From NCBI GenBank assembly GCA_012719315.1, contig JAAYAP010000043.1, positions 1 through 36,365 on the forward strand: 36,365 nucleotides of DNA, written 5' to 3'. A program made the position numbers and the translations under genes. How positions within the stretch are numbered: position 1 is the first letter of the stretch; each line of letters opens with the position of its first letter. Below the pieces are notes generated by a model. That model was given only the letters and a program-made list of their open reading frames with translations. It made no database searches and was not told where the DNA came from. Shown one piece after another: positions 18,017-27,308 of this stretch. Origin of the DNA: Methanobacteriota archaeon. GTDB lineage: Archaea > Thermoplasmatota > Thermoplasmata > Methanomassiliicoccales > Methanomethylophilaceae.

Positions 18017-19140
18017 TTCCTGAATCTTCCGATGACTTCGGAGAGGATGTCCATGCCCGCATTAATCTTATCCTCTCCCGCGGCGTAGGAGAACCTCAGA
18101 TGCCCCTCCCCGTATCTGCCGAAGGCCGATCCCGGCGTGCAGATCAGGCCGCTGCGGGCCGCTTCCGTCGCGATCTCGGCCGAGGTGACGTCCATGTCGT
18201 ACGACGGGAATGCGTAGAAGGCGCCTCTGGGCGGGCTCATATGCAACCCGTCGATGCCGTTGATGCGCTCGGTGATCAGATCCCGTCTCGCCTTGTAGAT
18301 CGCACGCGACCTCTCCAGGTACGGCTCGATGACCGACATGGCCTCGAGCACCCCGTACTGGGATGGCATGTGGGGGTTGGCGCAGACATGGTACTGCATC
18401 TTGGTCAGAGCCTCGATGTTCTCCGCGGCGGCGCAGATGTAGCCCAGCCTCCAGCCGGTCACGGCCATCATCTTCGAGAACCCGCCCACCACGGTCGCCC
18501 GGTCGAGGCGGTCGAGGAAGGAGACGTGCTCCCCCTCGTAGACGAAGGGCTCGTAGACCTCGTCGGAGACGATGTGCAGGTCGCGGTCCTCGGCGATCTC
18601 CAGCAGGGCGCGTTTCGTCTCCCTGCCGATGAGGCCGCCGGTGGGGTTGGAGGGCGAGTTGACGACGATCATCCGGGTCTTCGCGGTCAACAGCTCGAGT
18701 ATGTCGCCGATGTCCGGTTGGAAATCCCCTTCGGTGAGCCGGTATTCCTTGGACACGCCTCCCGCCAGGGCCGTATGCGGCCCGTAGACGACGAAACCCG
18801 GGCTGGGCACCAGGACCTCGTCCCCCGGCTCGATGAACGACTGCGCGATCTCGAACAGCGCGGTGGAGCCGCTGGGGGTGATCATCACGTTCCCGCCGCC
18901 GACCTCGCCGTACGCGGACGACCTCGCCGCCACCGCCTCCCGCAGCTCGGGGATCCCGGCCGTGGGACCGTACTTGTTCTTGTGCGCCAGCGCTGCCTGG
19001 TGCATCCCCTCGATCGCCTCGGGCGGAGGATCGAGATCGGGTTCGCCCAGGCCGAGGTGGACGGAATCCGGGCCAGCGAGGTCGAACATCTTCCTGATGC
19101 CGGACATCGGGATGCTGTCCAGGCGTTTGGATATCTTCAT
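18013..19140 (-). CDS. PLP-dependent class I/II (aspartate-type) aminotransferase
   Basis: LGLGEPD, NSPSNPTG, SDEVYE, FSKMMAVTGWRLG, GAFYAF, LRFSY; start MKISKRL. Confidence 0.93.
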   Translation of the reverse strand: MKISKRLDSIPMSGIRKMFDLAGPDSVHLGLGEPDLDPPPEAIEGMHQAALAHKNKYGPTAGIPELREAVAARSSAYGEVGGGNVMITPSGSTALFEIAQSFIEPGDEVLVPSPGFVVYGPHTALAGGVSKEYRLTEGDFQPDIGDILELLTAKTRMIVVNSPSNPTGGLIGRETKRALLEIAEDRDLHIVSDEVYEPFVYEGEHVSFLDRLDRATVVGGFSKMMAVTGWRLGYICAAAENIEALTKMQYHVCANPHMPSQYGVLEAMSVIEPYLERSRAIYKARRDLITERINGIDGLHMSPPRGAFYAFPSYDMDVTSAEIATEAARSGLICTPGSAFGRYGEGHLRFSYAAGEDKINAGMDILSEVIGRFRK

Positions 19141-19225
19141 GCCCGGTAATCGGCTAACGATGTTATATTCATTGGGTACGGCGCGATGCGCCACCTTATT
19201 TATCACGACATGATATGCTCTTGAC

Positions 19226-19588
19226 ATGGTTCGGATAAACAGGAAGGCATGGCTGCTGTTCGACCTCATCGGCCTGGCTTTCATCGTGACGGGGACGGTC
19301 ATCTACCTGGAGCTGCTGGTGAGCATGGATCCGTGGATCGGCACGGCCCTCTTCCTGATGGGTGTGTTCTTCGCCGTGCAGGGCATGGCGTTCGGATACC
19401 TCGAGGGCATCAGCGTCAGGGAGGAACTGGCCGAGAGGCTCAGGGACCGCGGCACCGAGGAGGCGCTGGCGGCGGCGGACGACACCGCGGGGTACATCAT
19501 CGACCTGACCGAGATCGAGAGGGAGTCCGAAGCCGACTACAGGCGGATCGAAGAGGAGCTCATCGACATCGTGAGCCGCGAGAAGTGA
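19226..19588 (+). CDS. Small membrane protein, two predicted TM helices and an acidic helical tail
   Basis: Two hydrophobic stretches in the first about 60 aa; TTATTTAT box about 23 nt upstream; TGATG coupling to the HD gene. Confidence 0.75.
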   Translation: MVRINRKAWLLFDLIGLAFIVTGTVIYLELLVSMDPWIGTALFLMGVFFAVQGMAFGYLEGISVREELAERLRDRGTEEALAAADDTAGYIIDLTEIERESEADYRRIEEELIDIVSREK

Positions 19589-20745
19589 TGCGGATGGAGG
19601 AGAGGAAGGCGCTCAACGCCGATGTACTGCATTACATCTTCGGCGCGGCCAGCATGCACAGGTGGAACGACCATCTGCGGACGATCGACCTGACCGAACT
19701 GGACAAGCAGGCGCACAAGGCGGCCATCTCCTGGATCCTGGGCAAGGCCGAGGAGGATGCCGGCCGCGTCATCGACTGGGACCGGGTCATCTCCGGCAAC
19801 CTGTACTCATTCATCGCGCGTCTGGCGCTCACCGACCTCAAGCCGCAGCTGTATCACCGCATCAGCACCGAGAAGACCGAGCAGGTCAACGAGTACGTGC
19901 TCGAGGATTTCATCAGCAACGTGCCCGGAGCCCCCGAGCGGTTCATGAGAGGGCTCGAGGACTACCTGCGCTCCGACAAGACCTCGGCGGAGGACGGGAT
20001 CTCGCGCGCCGCCCATTACCTGGCGACGCGGTGGGAGTTCAGGACGATCTACCCTGCCAACCGCGAGATGTACGGCATCGAGCAGACGCGCGAGGAGATC
20101 GACCAGCAGATAAACCAGCACATGGGCCTCGCCGGCGTCGGGATGCTGACGGAGGGCGGGGACATCGCCGACATGGCCGACCTCATCGGCCAGCTGCGCT
20201 TCCAGAAACGTTGGGCGAGGACGCCCAGGGTCCCGCAGACGACGGTGCTCGGCCATTCCCTGCTGGTGGCGGTCATGATGTACCTGAGCGATACGGATAT
20301 CGGGGCCGGCACGCGCCAGAAGTACCTGGATTACCACACGGCCCTGTTCCACGACCTGCCCGAGGTGCTGACCAAGGACGTGATCACCCCGGTCAAAGCA
20401 AACGTCGACGGCCTGCCGGCCCTCCTGGAGAGCTACGAGCGCGAGTCGGTGGAATCGAGGATCATGCCCCTGATCCCGGAAGGCTGGAGGGACGAGCTCA
20501 GGTCGATGGTCTACGAGCCCTTCTCGGACCTGCCGGGCCGGCCGGAGTCCGGACGCAGAGGCGGGGACATCAAAGCCTGCGACCGCCTGGCGGCGTTCAT
20601 GGAGGCGCACATCTCGACCCGTTACGGGATCTCCTCGAAGACGCTGAGGGACGGGGAGCGGGAGATCAGGTCCGTGCTCGAAAACGGCTCGGACGGCATC
20701 GGCGCCGAAGCGCTGCTGCGGAGCTTCGACCGGATGGACATCTGA
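19588..20745 (+). CDS. HD-domain hydrolase with tandem YfbR-like repeats
   Basis: MHRWND..ELDKQAHK in the first half; LRFQKRW..TVLGHS..LFHDLPE..DVITPVK..KACDRLAA in the second half. Confidence 0.85.
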   Translation: MRMEERKALNADVLHYIFGAASMHRWNDHLRTIDLTELDKQAHKAAISWILGKAEEDAGRVIDWDRVISGNLYSFIARLALTDLKPQLYHRISTEKTEQVNEYVLEDFISNVPGAPERFMRGLEDYLRSDKTSAEDGISRAAHYLATRWEFRTIYPANREMYGIEQTREEIDQQINQHMGLAGVGMLTEGGDIADMADLIGQLRFQKRWARTPRVPQTTVLGHSLLVAVMMYLSDTDIGAGTRQKYLDYHTALFHDLPEVLTKDVITPVKANVDGLPALLESYERESVESRIMPLIPEGWRDELRSMVYEPFSDLPGRPESGRRGGDIKACDRLAAFMEAHISTRYGISSKTLRDGEREIRSVLENGSDGIGAEALLRSFDRMDI

Positions 20746-20746
20746 G

Positions 20747-22021
20747 TCAGCGCCGGCTGGCGATGACTTCCTGCCCTTTCATGTACGGCCTGAGCACTTC
20801 GGGCACCGTCACCGATCCGTCGCGGTTCTGATAGTTCTCGAGCACGGCCACCATCGTCCGCGGCAGGGCCAGGCCGGATCCGTTGAGTGTGTGGATGAAC
20901 TCGCTCCTCATGTGCGGCTCGGGCCTGTATTTTATCCTGGCCCGGCGCGCCTGGAAATCGGTGAAGTTGGAGCATGACGAGGCTTCGAGCCAAGCATCCT
21001 TGCCGGGGGCGTAGAGCTCGAGGTCATAGCACTTGGCGCACGAGAAGCTCATGTCGCCGGTGCAGAGCAGGAGCACCCGGTACGGGAGGCCCAGGCCCCT
21101 GATCAGCGATTCGGCGTCGTTCCTCAGCTCCTCCAGCGCCGCCCAGGAGGTCTCCGGGAGCACGAACCTGACCATCTCCACCTTGTTGAACTCGTGGACG
21201 CGGATGATGCCCCTGGTGTCGGCATGCCTGCCGGCCTCCCTCCGGAACGAAGGCAGGTACGCCGTGTATTTGATCGGGAGCGCCTCCTTCTCGAGGATCT
21301 CGTCGCGGAAGAGGTTGGTCACCGGCACCTCGGCGGTGGGGTTGAGGAAGAGGTCGTCCCGTTCCAGATGGTACATGTCGTCCTTCAGGTTGGGGTACTG
21401 ACCGGTGCCGATGAGGGCCTCCTTGTTGACGATCACCGGCGGGAACACCTCGGTGTAGCCCCGGTCGTGGTGGCTGTCGAGGAAGTAGGAGATCAACGCG
21501 CGCTCCAGGCGCGCGCCGTCGCCTTTGAGGCAGTAGAACCCGCTGCCGGCGACCTTCACCGCCCGGTCGAAGTCGATGATGTCCAGATCCTCGGCGATCT
21601 CGGGGTGCTCCTTCGGCGCGAAGCCGAACTCCCTGCGCTCGCCCCATTCGCAGACGACGACGTTGTCGCCGCTGTCCCTGCCGACCGGCACGGACGCATG
21701 GGGGATGTTGGGGATGTTGAGGACGCAATCCTCGCGGATGCCGTCGAGCACGGACATCCGTTCCTCGTTGCCTTTGATCCGGTCGCCGATCTCGCGCATG
21801 GAGGCGATGACCCCGTCCTTCTCGGCACCGGCCGGGAGCTTGGGGATCCGCAGGGACTCGGCGTTCCTGACCTTGCGCAGCTCGTTGCTGCTCTGGGTCA
21901 GCATCCTCCACTCAGCATCCGCCTCCAAGAACCTGTCGAGCACATCGGTCGGCTTGTTCCTGTCGACCAGCATCGTCCTGATGGCGTCGGGGTCCGCTCT
22001 GATCACATTCACGTCGAGCAT
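20747..22021 (-). CDS. serS: Serine--tRNA ligase, type 1 (bacterial/eukaryote-like)
   Basis: PNIPH, PTAEVP, FRREAG, RGIIRVHEFNKVE, EASSCSN, HTLNGSGLA. Confidence 0.98.
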   Translation of the reverse strand: MLDVNVIRADPDAIRTMLVDRNKPTDVLDRFLEADAEWRMLTQSSNELRKVRNAESLRIPKLPAGAEKDGVIASMREIGDRIKGNEERMSVLDGIREDCVLNIPNIPHASVPVGRDSGDNVVVCEWGERREFGFAPKEHPEIAEDLDIIDFDRAVKVAGSGFYCLKGDGARLERALISYFLDSHHDRGYTEVFPPVIVNKEALIGTGQYPNLKDDMYHLERDDLFLNPTAEVPVTNLFRDEILEKEALPIKYTAYLPSFRREAGRHADTRGIIRVHEFNKVEMVRFVLPETSWAALEELRNDAESLIRGLGLPYRVLLLCTGDMSFSCAKCYDLELYAPGKDAWLEASSCSNFTDFQARRARIKYRPEPHMRSEFIHTLNGSGLALPRTMVAVLENYQNRDGSVTVPEVLRPYMKGQEVIASRR

Positions 22022-22030
22022 GGGACCGCC

Positions 22031-22324
22031 TCAGAATTTCTTTTGGGAAAGGGAGTTCCAGGTCCGTTTGTCGGTGATGACCATCACGTTGCCGCGGACA
22101 TCCACCACCACGGCGTCGTTCTCCTCGGCGATGCTCCTCGACAGCGTCTCCACGTCGCCGCCGGAATTGTCCAGCACCTTGATCTTCAGGATACGGCGGT
22201 TCTTCAGCTGTGACGAGATCTCGTCCCTGAGTCCCTGGTCCATCCCGCCCTTGCCGATCTGCACGGTGGCTTTCAGTTCCGTCGCACGCCTCATTATCTC
22301 CTTCCTCGCATCCTTCTCTGTCAT
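22031..22324 (-). CDS. YhbY/CRM RNA-binding protein
   Basis: LKATVQIGKGG, LKIKVL, VDVRGN; ATGA overlap with rnp4. Confidence 0.9.
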   Translation of the reverse strand: MTEKDARKEIMRRATELKATVQIGKGGMDQGLRDEISSQLKNRRILKIKVLDNSGGDVETLSRSIAEENDAVVVDVRGNVMVITDKRTWNSLSQKKF

Positions 22325-22641
22325 TTCCTGTTCTCCCTCAAATACGGCACGCGCCTCACCGCTCCGCACGATCCGCATGTCGATACCACTTTCCGCCCGG
22401 TCAGCCTGACGCTGCAGTTCGATCCCGGGATCATCGGCAGCATGCATTCCCTGCAGTACCGGAATCCGGGAGGCAGGGTCGTCCGGGTCTTCATGCCGAT
22501 GCGCCGGGCGAGCGTCACGTATCTGATCGCCCGGTCGTCCCGGCCGTCCCTGACCGCCTGCTCCGCCAGCTCCAGGAGGATGGCGATCCTCTCGTTGCCG
22601 ATGCGGGCGGCTGCATTCCGCGGAAGGCGTCTCTTCGACAT
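22321..22641 (-). CDS. rnp4: Ribonuclease P protein component 4 (Rpp21)
   Basis: ERIAIL..LA, RYV.LARRI, CREC...PG...C..CG..RR.PY. Confidence 0.93.
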   Translation of the reverse strand: MSKRRLPRNAAARIGNERIAILLELAEQAVRDGRDDRAIRYVTLARRIGMKTRTTLPPGFRYCRECMLPMIPGSNCSVRLTGRKVVSTCGSCGAVRRVPYLRENRK

Positions 22642-22880
22642 ATCTGCACCTGTTCGACCTACAGACAGCCAGGATATAAATCTTTATCAACATCCTCCCG
22701 TATATGCTGTCGTGTCGTCATCGTCGCACGGGGGCCTAGGCCGGCCGGCGGCGACGTGGAAACGCTTATATTGCAGGGACTGTTCGCAGAGGACGGTCGC
22801 AGATAGGATCCATGTATGACAGTCTTTAAATACGAATTTGAGATTGTCGCATTCATAAAGATATATACAAGGTGTTATAA

Positions 22881-23405
22881 ATGGCAAAAAAGCCCGCATC
22901 GATGTACAGAAGGATAACAGGACAGGCGAATACCCGCCGTGAATATATGAGAGGGGTTCCCGGAAGGAGGATCAACCAGTTCGATATGGGCAACCTTAAG
23001 GCAGACTTCCCCGTGATCCTCACGCTCAGAGTCAAGAACCGCGTCCAGGTCAGGCACACCGCGCTCGAGGCAGGCCGTATCGCCGCCAACAGGCTGATGT
23101 CGTCCGAGGTCGGCGTCCAGAACTACAACCTGAAGATCAGGGCTTTCCCGCATATCGTCCTCAGAGAGAACAAGCTCGCGACCGGTGCGGGTGCGGACCG
23201 TGTCTCGAGCGGTATGCGCCGCGCGTTCGGCAAGAATGTCGGCACGGCGGCCAGGCTCGAGCGCGATCAGGCGATCATCACGATAAGGACCTCCGCAGAC
23301 AAGGAGAGGATCAACACCGCCAAACAGGCTCTCTGGAGAGCCTCGATGAAATTCCCGACCCCCTGCTACATCGATGTGGAGCAGGGTCTGGAGTACGTGA
23401 ACTGA
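22881..23405 (+). CDS. rpl10e: 50S ribosomal protein uL16 (L10e)
   Basis: KPASMYR, ALEAGRIAANR, FPHIVLRENK.ATGAGADRVSSGMRRAFGK; TTTAAATA box upstream. Confidence 0.97.
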   Translation: MAKKPASMYRRITGQANTRREYMRGVPGRRINQFDMGNLKADFPVILTLRVKNRVQVRHTALEAGRIAANRLMSSEVGVQNYNLKIRAFPHIVLRENKLATGAGADRVSSGMRRAFGKNVGTAARLERDQAIITIRTSADKERINTAKQALWRASMKFPTPCYIDVEQGLEYVN

Positions 23406-23413
23406 TCCAAGTC

Positions 23414-24394
23414 ATGTTCGATTTGGACCCGGACCGGATCACGGCGTGGATACGCGACGGCGGTTATACGTCGGTCGCATTGCAGCTACCCGAGGGTCTG
23501 AAGACCTCCGCCAAGGCCCTGTCCGACACCATCATGCGCGACACCGGGGCCGAGGTGCTGATCCTCGGCCGCCCGTGTTACGGCGCGTGCGACCTTTTCA
23601 CCGGATACAAGGATCACGCCGAGGCGCTGATCCATCTCGGCCATGCGCCGATCCCCGACATGGGGTACGACCCCGACGTCCTCTATGTGGAGGTCGGCGT
23701 GCGTGCCGGCCTGCCCCCCGGCCTGCCGGGGATGATCGCGGACCTCCCGCCCAGGATCGGCCTGCTGGCCACGGTGCAGCACATCGGCCTGCTGCCCGCG
23801 CTGAAGGAGGCGGTCGAGGCCACGGGCCGGACGGCGTCGATCGGCATCGGGGACGGGAGGGTATACCATCCCGGACAGGTCCTCGGCTGCAACTGCAGCG
23901 TGGCGACGGCGGTCGAGGAGGCGGTGGACATGTTCATCCTCGTCGCCGAAGGCGACTTCCATCCTCTGGCCGCGTCCTTCGGCGCCCGCAAGCCGGTCAG
24001 GGTGCTCAATCCGCTGACCGGCGAGCTCAGGGATGTGGACGACGTGCGCGACCGCATCCTCCGCAAGCGCTTCGCGGCGATCGAGAGCGCACGCTCCGCC
24101 AGGGATTTCCTGGTGATCGTCTGCGGCAAAGCGGGCCAGAACCGCATGGAGGCGGCCAAGGGCATCTGCGCCAGGCTCAGGGAGGACGGGCGGAACGCGT
24201 ACCTGGCGCTGATGGACGAGATCACCCCGGACGCGTTGCTCCCGTACGCCGTCGACGCGTACGTGTGCACCGGCTGCCCGCGCGTGGCCATGGACGATTC
24301 CTCGCGCTACCGCCATCCGATGCTCACCGTCACCGAGGTCGACCACGTGCTGGGTCTGCGCGAGTGGGACGGATACGAATTCGACTGCATCTGA
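23414..24394 (+). CDS. dph2: Diphthamide biosynthesis enzyme Dph2
   Basis: LQLPEGLK, CYGACD, GQVLGC, GDFHP, TGCPR. Confidence 0.95.
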   Translation: MFDLDPDRITAWIRDGGYTSVALQLPEGLKTSAKALSDTIMRDTGAEVLILGRPCYGACDLFTGYKDHAEALIHLGHAPIPDMGYDPDVLYVEVGVRAGLPPGLPGMIADLPPRIGLLATVQHIGLLPALKEAVEATGRTASIGIGDGRVYHPGQVLGCNCSVATAVEEAVDMFILVAEGDFHPLAASFGARKPVRVLNPLTGELRDVDDVRDRILRKRFAAIESARSARDFLVIVCGKAGQNRMEAAKGICARLREDGRNAYLALMDEITPDALLPYAVDAYVCTGCPRVAMDDSSRYRHPMLTVTEVDHVLGLREWDGYEFDCI

Positions 24395-24439
24395 GCCCCC
24401 GTGCAAATACTTAATACGCACGAGAGGTTAATGCGGTGC

Positions 24440-25189
24440 ATGTTCACATCGCAGAAGCTCTTCGATGACGACCTGCCGGATGTCCGCGTGGGCATCGGAC
24501 GCGGCACCGGCAGAGGTGTCGTGGAAGAGAGCATACGCGCGACCGCGACGGGCAACGTGACCGTCTACGACGATCCGCAACGGCTCGTCGACGACCTCGT
24601 CGGCGGCCGGATCGATGCCGCCGTGCGCGGAGACATGTCATCCTCGAAGGTGCTGCCCCTGCTCAAGAAGGCGACCGGCGTCTCCAGCCTCGAGCGGCTG
24701 GTGCTGTTGGAACCCAGGCGGAACAAGCTGATCTTCATGGCCCCCGTCGGCATCGACGAAGGCTGGACCGTGGAGCAGAAGCACGACATGGTGCGCCGGG
24801 CCCTGGCGCTGATGGGGCGGCTGGGAGCGGGCAGCAGGGTGGCGATCATGTCGGGAGGCAGAGCCGAGGACAAGGGCAGGTGCCCGCCCGTGGACAGGTC
24901 GATAGACGACGCGGACGAGCTGGTGGGGATCCTGAGGAGCGAAGGTGTCGACGCCTACAACTCCCAGATCCTGATCGAGGAGGCCATGGCGGAGGCGGAC
25001 CTCGTCATCGCCCCCGACGGCATCACCGGCAACATCGTCTTCAGGGCTCTGCACTTCATCGGCGACACCAGGGCCCTGGGCGCGCCGATCCTCAACATCG
25101 ACAAGGTGTTCGTCGACACCTCGCGGGAGAAGCTGGATTATTCCGACTCGGTGCATCTGGCGATGCGGCTGTGCGGGGTGGGGAGATGA
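24440..25189 (+). CDS. mtxX: Methanogenesis marker protein 4 (MtxX)
   Basis: DAAVRG, APVGIDEG, SGGR.EDKGR...VD.SI, IIAPDG-like IAPDGITGNIVFR, FVDTSR; start inferred from TACTTAA about 26 nt upstream. Confidence 0.85.
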   Translation: MFTSQKLFDDDLPDVRVGIGRGTGRGVVEESIRATATGNVTVYDDPQRLVDDLVGGRIDAAVRGDMSSSKVLPLLKKATGVSSLERLVLLEPRRNKLIFMAPVGIDEGWTVEQKHDMVRRALALMGRLGAGSRVAIMSGGRAEDKGRCPPVDRSIDDADELVGILRSEGVDAYNSQILIEEAMAEADLVIAPDGITGNIVFRALHFIGDTRALGAPILNIDKVFVDTSREKLDYSDSVHLAMRLCGVGR

Positions 25190-25662
25190 TCCTGGAGATC
25201 GACGGAGGCTACTCCGGACTCAGGTTCTCCTCCTGCCATTTCATACCGCGCCACGAGAAGTGCTCGAGGTTGCACGGCCACAGCTACATCATGCGCCTCC
25301 GGCTCGAAGGCGAGGTCGGGGCGGACGGCATGATCATGGATTTCGTCATCCTCAAACGCAAGCTCAGGGAGTTCATCGAGCAGCTGGACCACATGGTGCT
25401 GCTGCCGGGCAGGTCCCCGGATGTGGGGATCGTCACGGCGGACGGCTCGGTCGAGGTCTCCGTCTGCGGCAAGAGGTACGTCTTCCCCGAGGAGGACGTG
25501 GTCATCCTCGACGTGCCGGCCACCACCGCCGAGGAGATGGCGAGGATGATGACCGAGACGATGGCGGCAGGGACGGACATCCCGGAGAACGTCGACAGCA
25601 TCTCGGTCGGATTGGACGAGGAACGCGGTCAGACCGCATGGTTCACCAAGGTGCTCAGATGA
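25186..25662 (+). CDS. queD: 6-carboxy-5,6,7,8-tetrahydropterin synthase
   Basis: FSSCHF, CSRLHGHSY, MDF..LK, LDH, TTAEE. Confidence 0.92.
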   Translation: MILEIDGGYSGLRFSSCHFIPRHEKCSRLHGHSYIMRLRLEGEVGADGMIMDFVILKRKLREFIEQLDHMVLLPGRSPDVGIVTADGSVEVSVCGKRYVFPEEDVVILDVPATTAEEMARMMTETMAAGTDIPENVDSISVGLDEERGQTAWFTKVLR

Positions 25663-26324
25663 AGGCCGTCGTCCTCCTCTCCGGCGGGCTGGACTCGACC
25701 ACGGTCCTGGCTCAGGCGCTGGAGGACGGCTGCGAGGTCATGGCGCTCGGTTTCAGCTACGGGCAGAGGCACACCCGCGAACTGGATTCCGCCCGCAGGA
25801 TCTGTGAGCACTACGGGATCAGGCAGGTGGTCGTCGACCTCGACCTGAGTTCGTTCCGCTCCTCGTTGATCGGCGGGGACGGGGACGTGCCCGAGGACCG
25901 CGGCGGCTGCCTGGCGGACGAGATACCGTCGACCTACGTGCCCGCCCGCAACATCATCTTCCTGAGCGTGGCCGCCGGACTGTGCGAGTCGATCGGCGCC
26001 GACAGGATCTACATCGGCGTCAACGCCGTCGACTACTCGGGATACCCGGACTGCCGTCCGGAGTTCATCGGAGCCTTCGAGAGGATGCTGGAAGCCGGGA
26101 CCAAGGCCGGGGTCGAAGGCGACCCGATCCGCATCGTCGCCCCCATCCTCCATGCCTCCAAAGCCGACATCGTCCGGCTCGGCATCCGGCTGGGGGCGCC
26201 GCTGGCGCTCACCTGGTCCTGCTACAAAGGCGGCGACCGGGCCTGCAGGCGCTGCGATTCCTGCCGGCTCAGGCTCAGGGGCTTCGAGGAAGCAGGGTTT
26301 AAGGACGAGATAGAGTATGAGTGA
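25659..26324 (+). CDS. queC: 7-cyano-7-deazaguanine synthase
   Basis: LSGGLDSTT, YGQRH, TYVPARN, DYSGYPDCR, TWSCY...C..C..C. Confidence 0.97.
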   Translation: MKAVVLLSGGLDSTTVLAQALEDGCEVMALGFSYGQRHTRELDSARRICEHYGIRQVVVDLDLSSFRSSLIGGDGDVPEDRGGCLADEIPSTYVPARNIIFLSVAAGLCESIGADRIYIGVNAVDYSGYPDCRPEFIGAFERMLEAGTKAGVEGDPIRIVAPILHASKADIVRLGIRLGAPLALTWSCYKGGDRACRRCDSCRLRLRGFEEAGFKDEIEYE

Positions 26325-26330
26325 ACCATC

Positions 26331-26957
26331 ATGAGGATATGCGAGCATTTCCGATCCCTGCAGGGAGAAGGTCTGACGATCGGCGTCCCCACCTACTTCG
26401 TGAGGACCGCCGGCTGCAACCTCGACTGCGAATGGTGCGACACGAAGTACGCGCGGGAGGATCCCGGCATCGAAGTCACCGTCGATCAGGTGATGGAGAT
26501 GATCGGATCGTCGGCCAACGTCTGCGTGACCGGCGGCGAACCGCTCCTGCAGAGCGATATGCCCGAGCTGCTGAACCGGCTCCTGAACGGAGGCAAGAAA
26601 GTGGTGCTGGAGACCAACGGCTCGGTCGACCTCTCGGGGGTGCCGGATCATCCCGGTCTGATCATCAGCATGGATATCAAGTGCCCGACCTCCGGCATGG
26701 ACGCCGAGATGCGCCTCGCCAACCTGACGATGCTGACGTCGAAGGACCAGCTGAAGTTCGTAATCGCCGACAAGAAGGACCTCTATTACGCCATCAGGTT
26801 CATGGAGGACCATCCGACGGATGCGAACGTCATCTTCACGCCCGTGGGCGGCATCGACCTCGAGGCGATCGCCGACGAGGTCGTAATGAGGGGGTTGGAC
26901 GTCAGGGTCCTGCCCCAGCTGCACAAGATCATCTGGGGCGACCGCAGGTCGGTCTGA
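26331..26957 (+). CDS. queE: 7-carboxy-7-deazaguanine synthase (radical SAM)
   Basis: F.SLQGEG, GCNLDCEWCDT, TGGEP, ETNGS, QLHKIIW. Confidence 0.95.
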   Translation: MRICEHFRSLQGEGLTIGVPTYFVRTAGCNLDCEWCDTKYAREDPGIEVTVDQVMEMIGSSANVCVTGGEPLLQSDMPELLNRLLNGGKKVVLETNGSVDLSGVPDHPGLIISMDIKCPTSGMDAEMRLANLTMLTSKDQLKFVIADKKDLYYAIRFMEDHPTDANVIFTPVGGIDLEAIADEVVMRGLDVRVLPQLHKIIWGDRRSV

Positions 26958-26960
26958 TCC

Positions 26961-27308
26961 TCAGCCCTTGTCCTCGAAGGACTTCATCCTCTCGTATCTT
27001 CTGACGAAGTCCCTGACCGCGTCCTCGACGAGGCCCTCCTCGTCGTAGGACACCTGTATGCCTCCGCGCTCGAGGATAGCCAGCCCGTGGTGCCCGATGC
27101 CGCCGGTGATGACGGCGTCGACCCCCAGTCCGACGATGGCGTCCGCCACCAGCATGCCGGCGCCCTCCAGGGCGTCGGCGTGCTCGTTGACCACGACCTC
27201 GTAGTCCAGGGTCTCGGAGTCGACGATCAGGAAATAGGGGGCGTGGCCGAAGTCGTCGGCCACGTAGGAGTCCAGGGAATCGCCTTCGGCGATGACGCCG
27301 ATCCTCAT
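26961..27308 (-). CDS. NifB/NifX-family (FeMo-cofactor-binding fold) protein
   Basis: DFGHAPYFLIVD, G.G...A..I...GVDAVITGGIG; ATGA overlap with mrp. Confidence 0.88.
   Translation of the reverse strand: MRIGVIAEGDSLDSYVADDFGHAPYFLIVDSETLDYEVVVNEHADALEGAGMLVADAIVGLGVDAVITGGIGHHGLAILERGGIQVSYDEEGLVEDAVRDFVRRYERMKSFEDKG

Noticed and set aside
22659..22899. 65-70 aa minus-strand ORFs in the rnp4/rpl10e spacer
   Set aside because: No motifs, atypical composition, and they overlap promoter elements
25186..26957. queDCE as a Dpd-type DNA-modification or defence island
   Set aside because: No dpdA/TGT-like or restriction genes nearby, no compositional shift; archaeosine supply explains the genes
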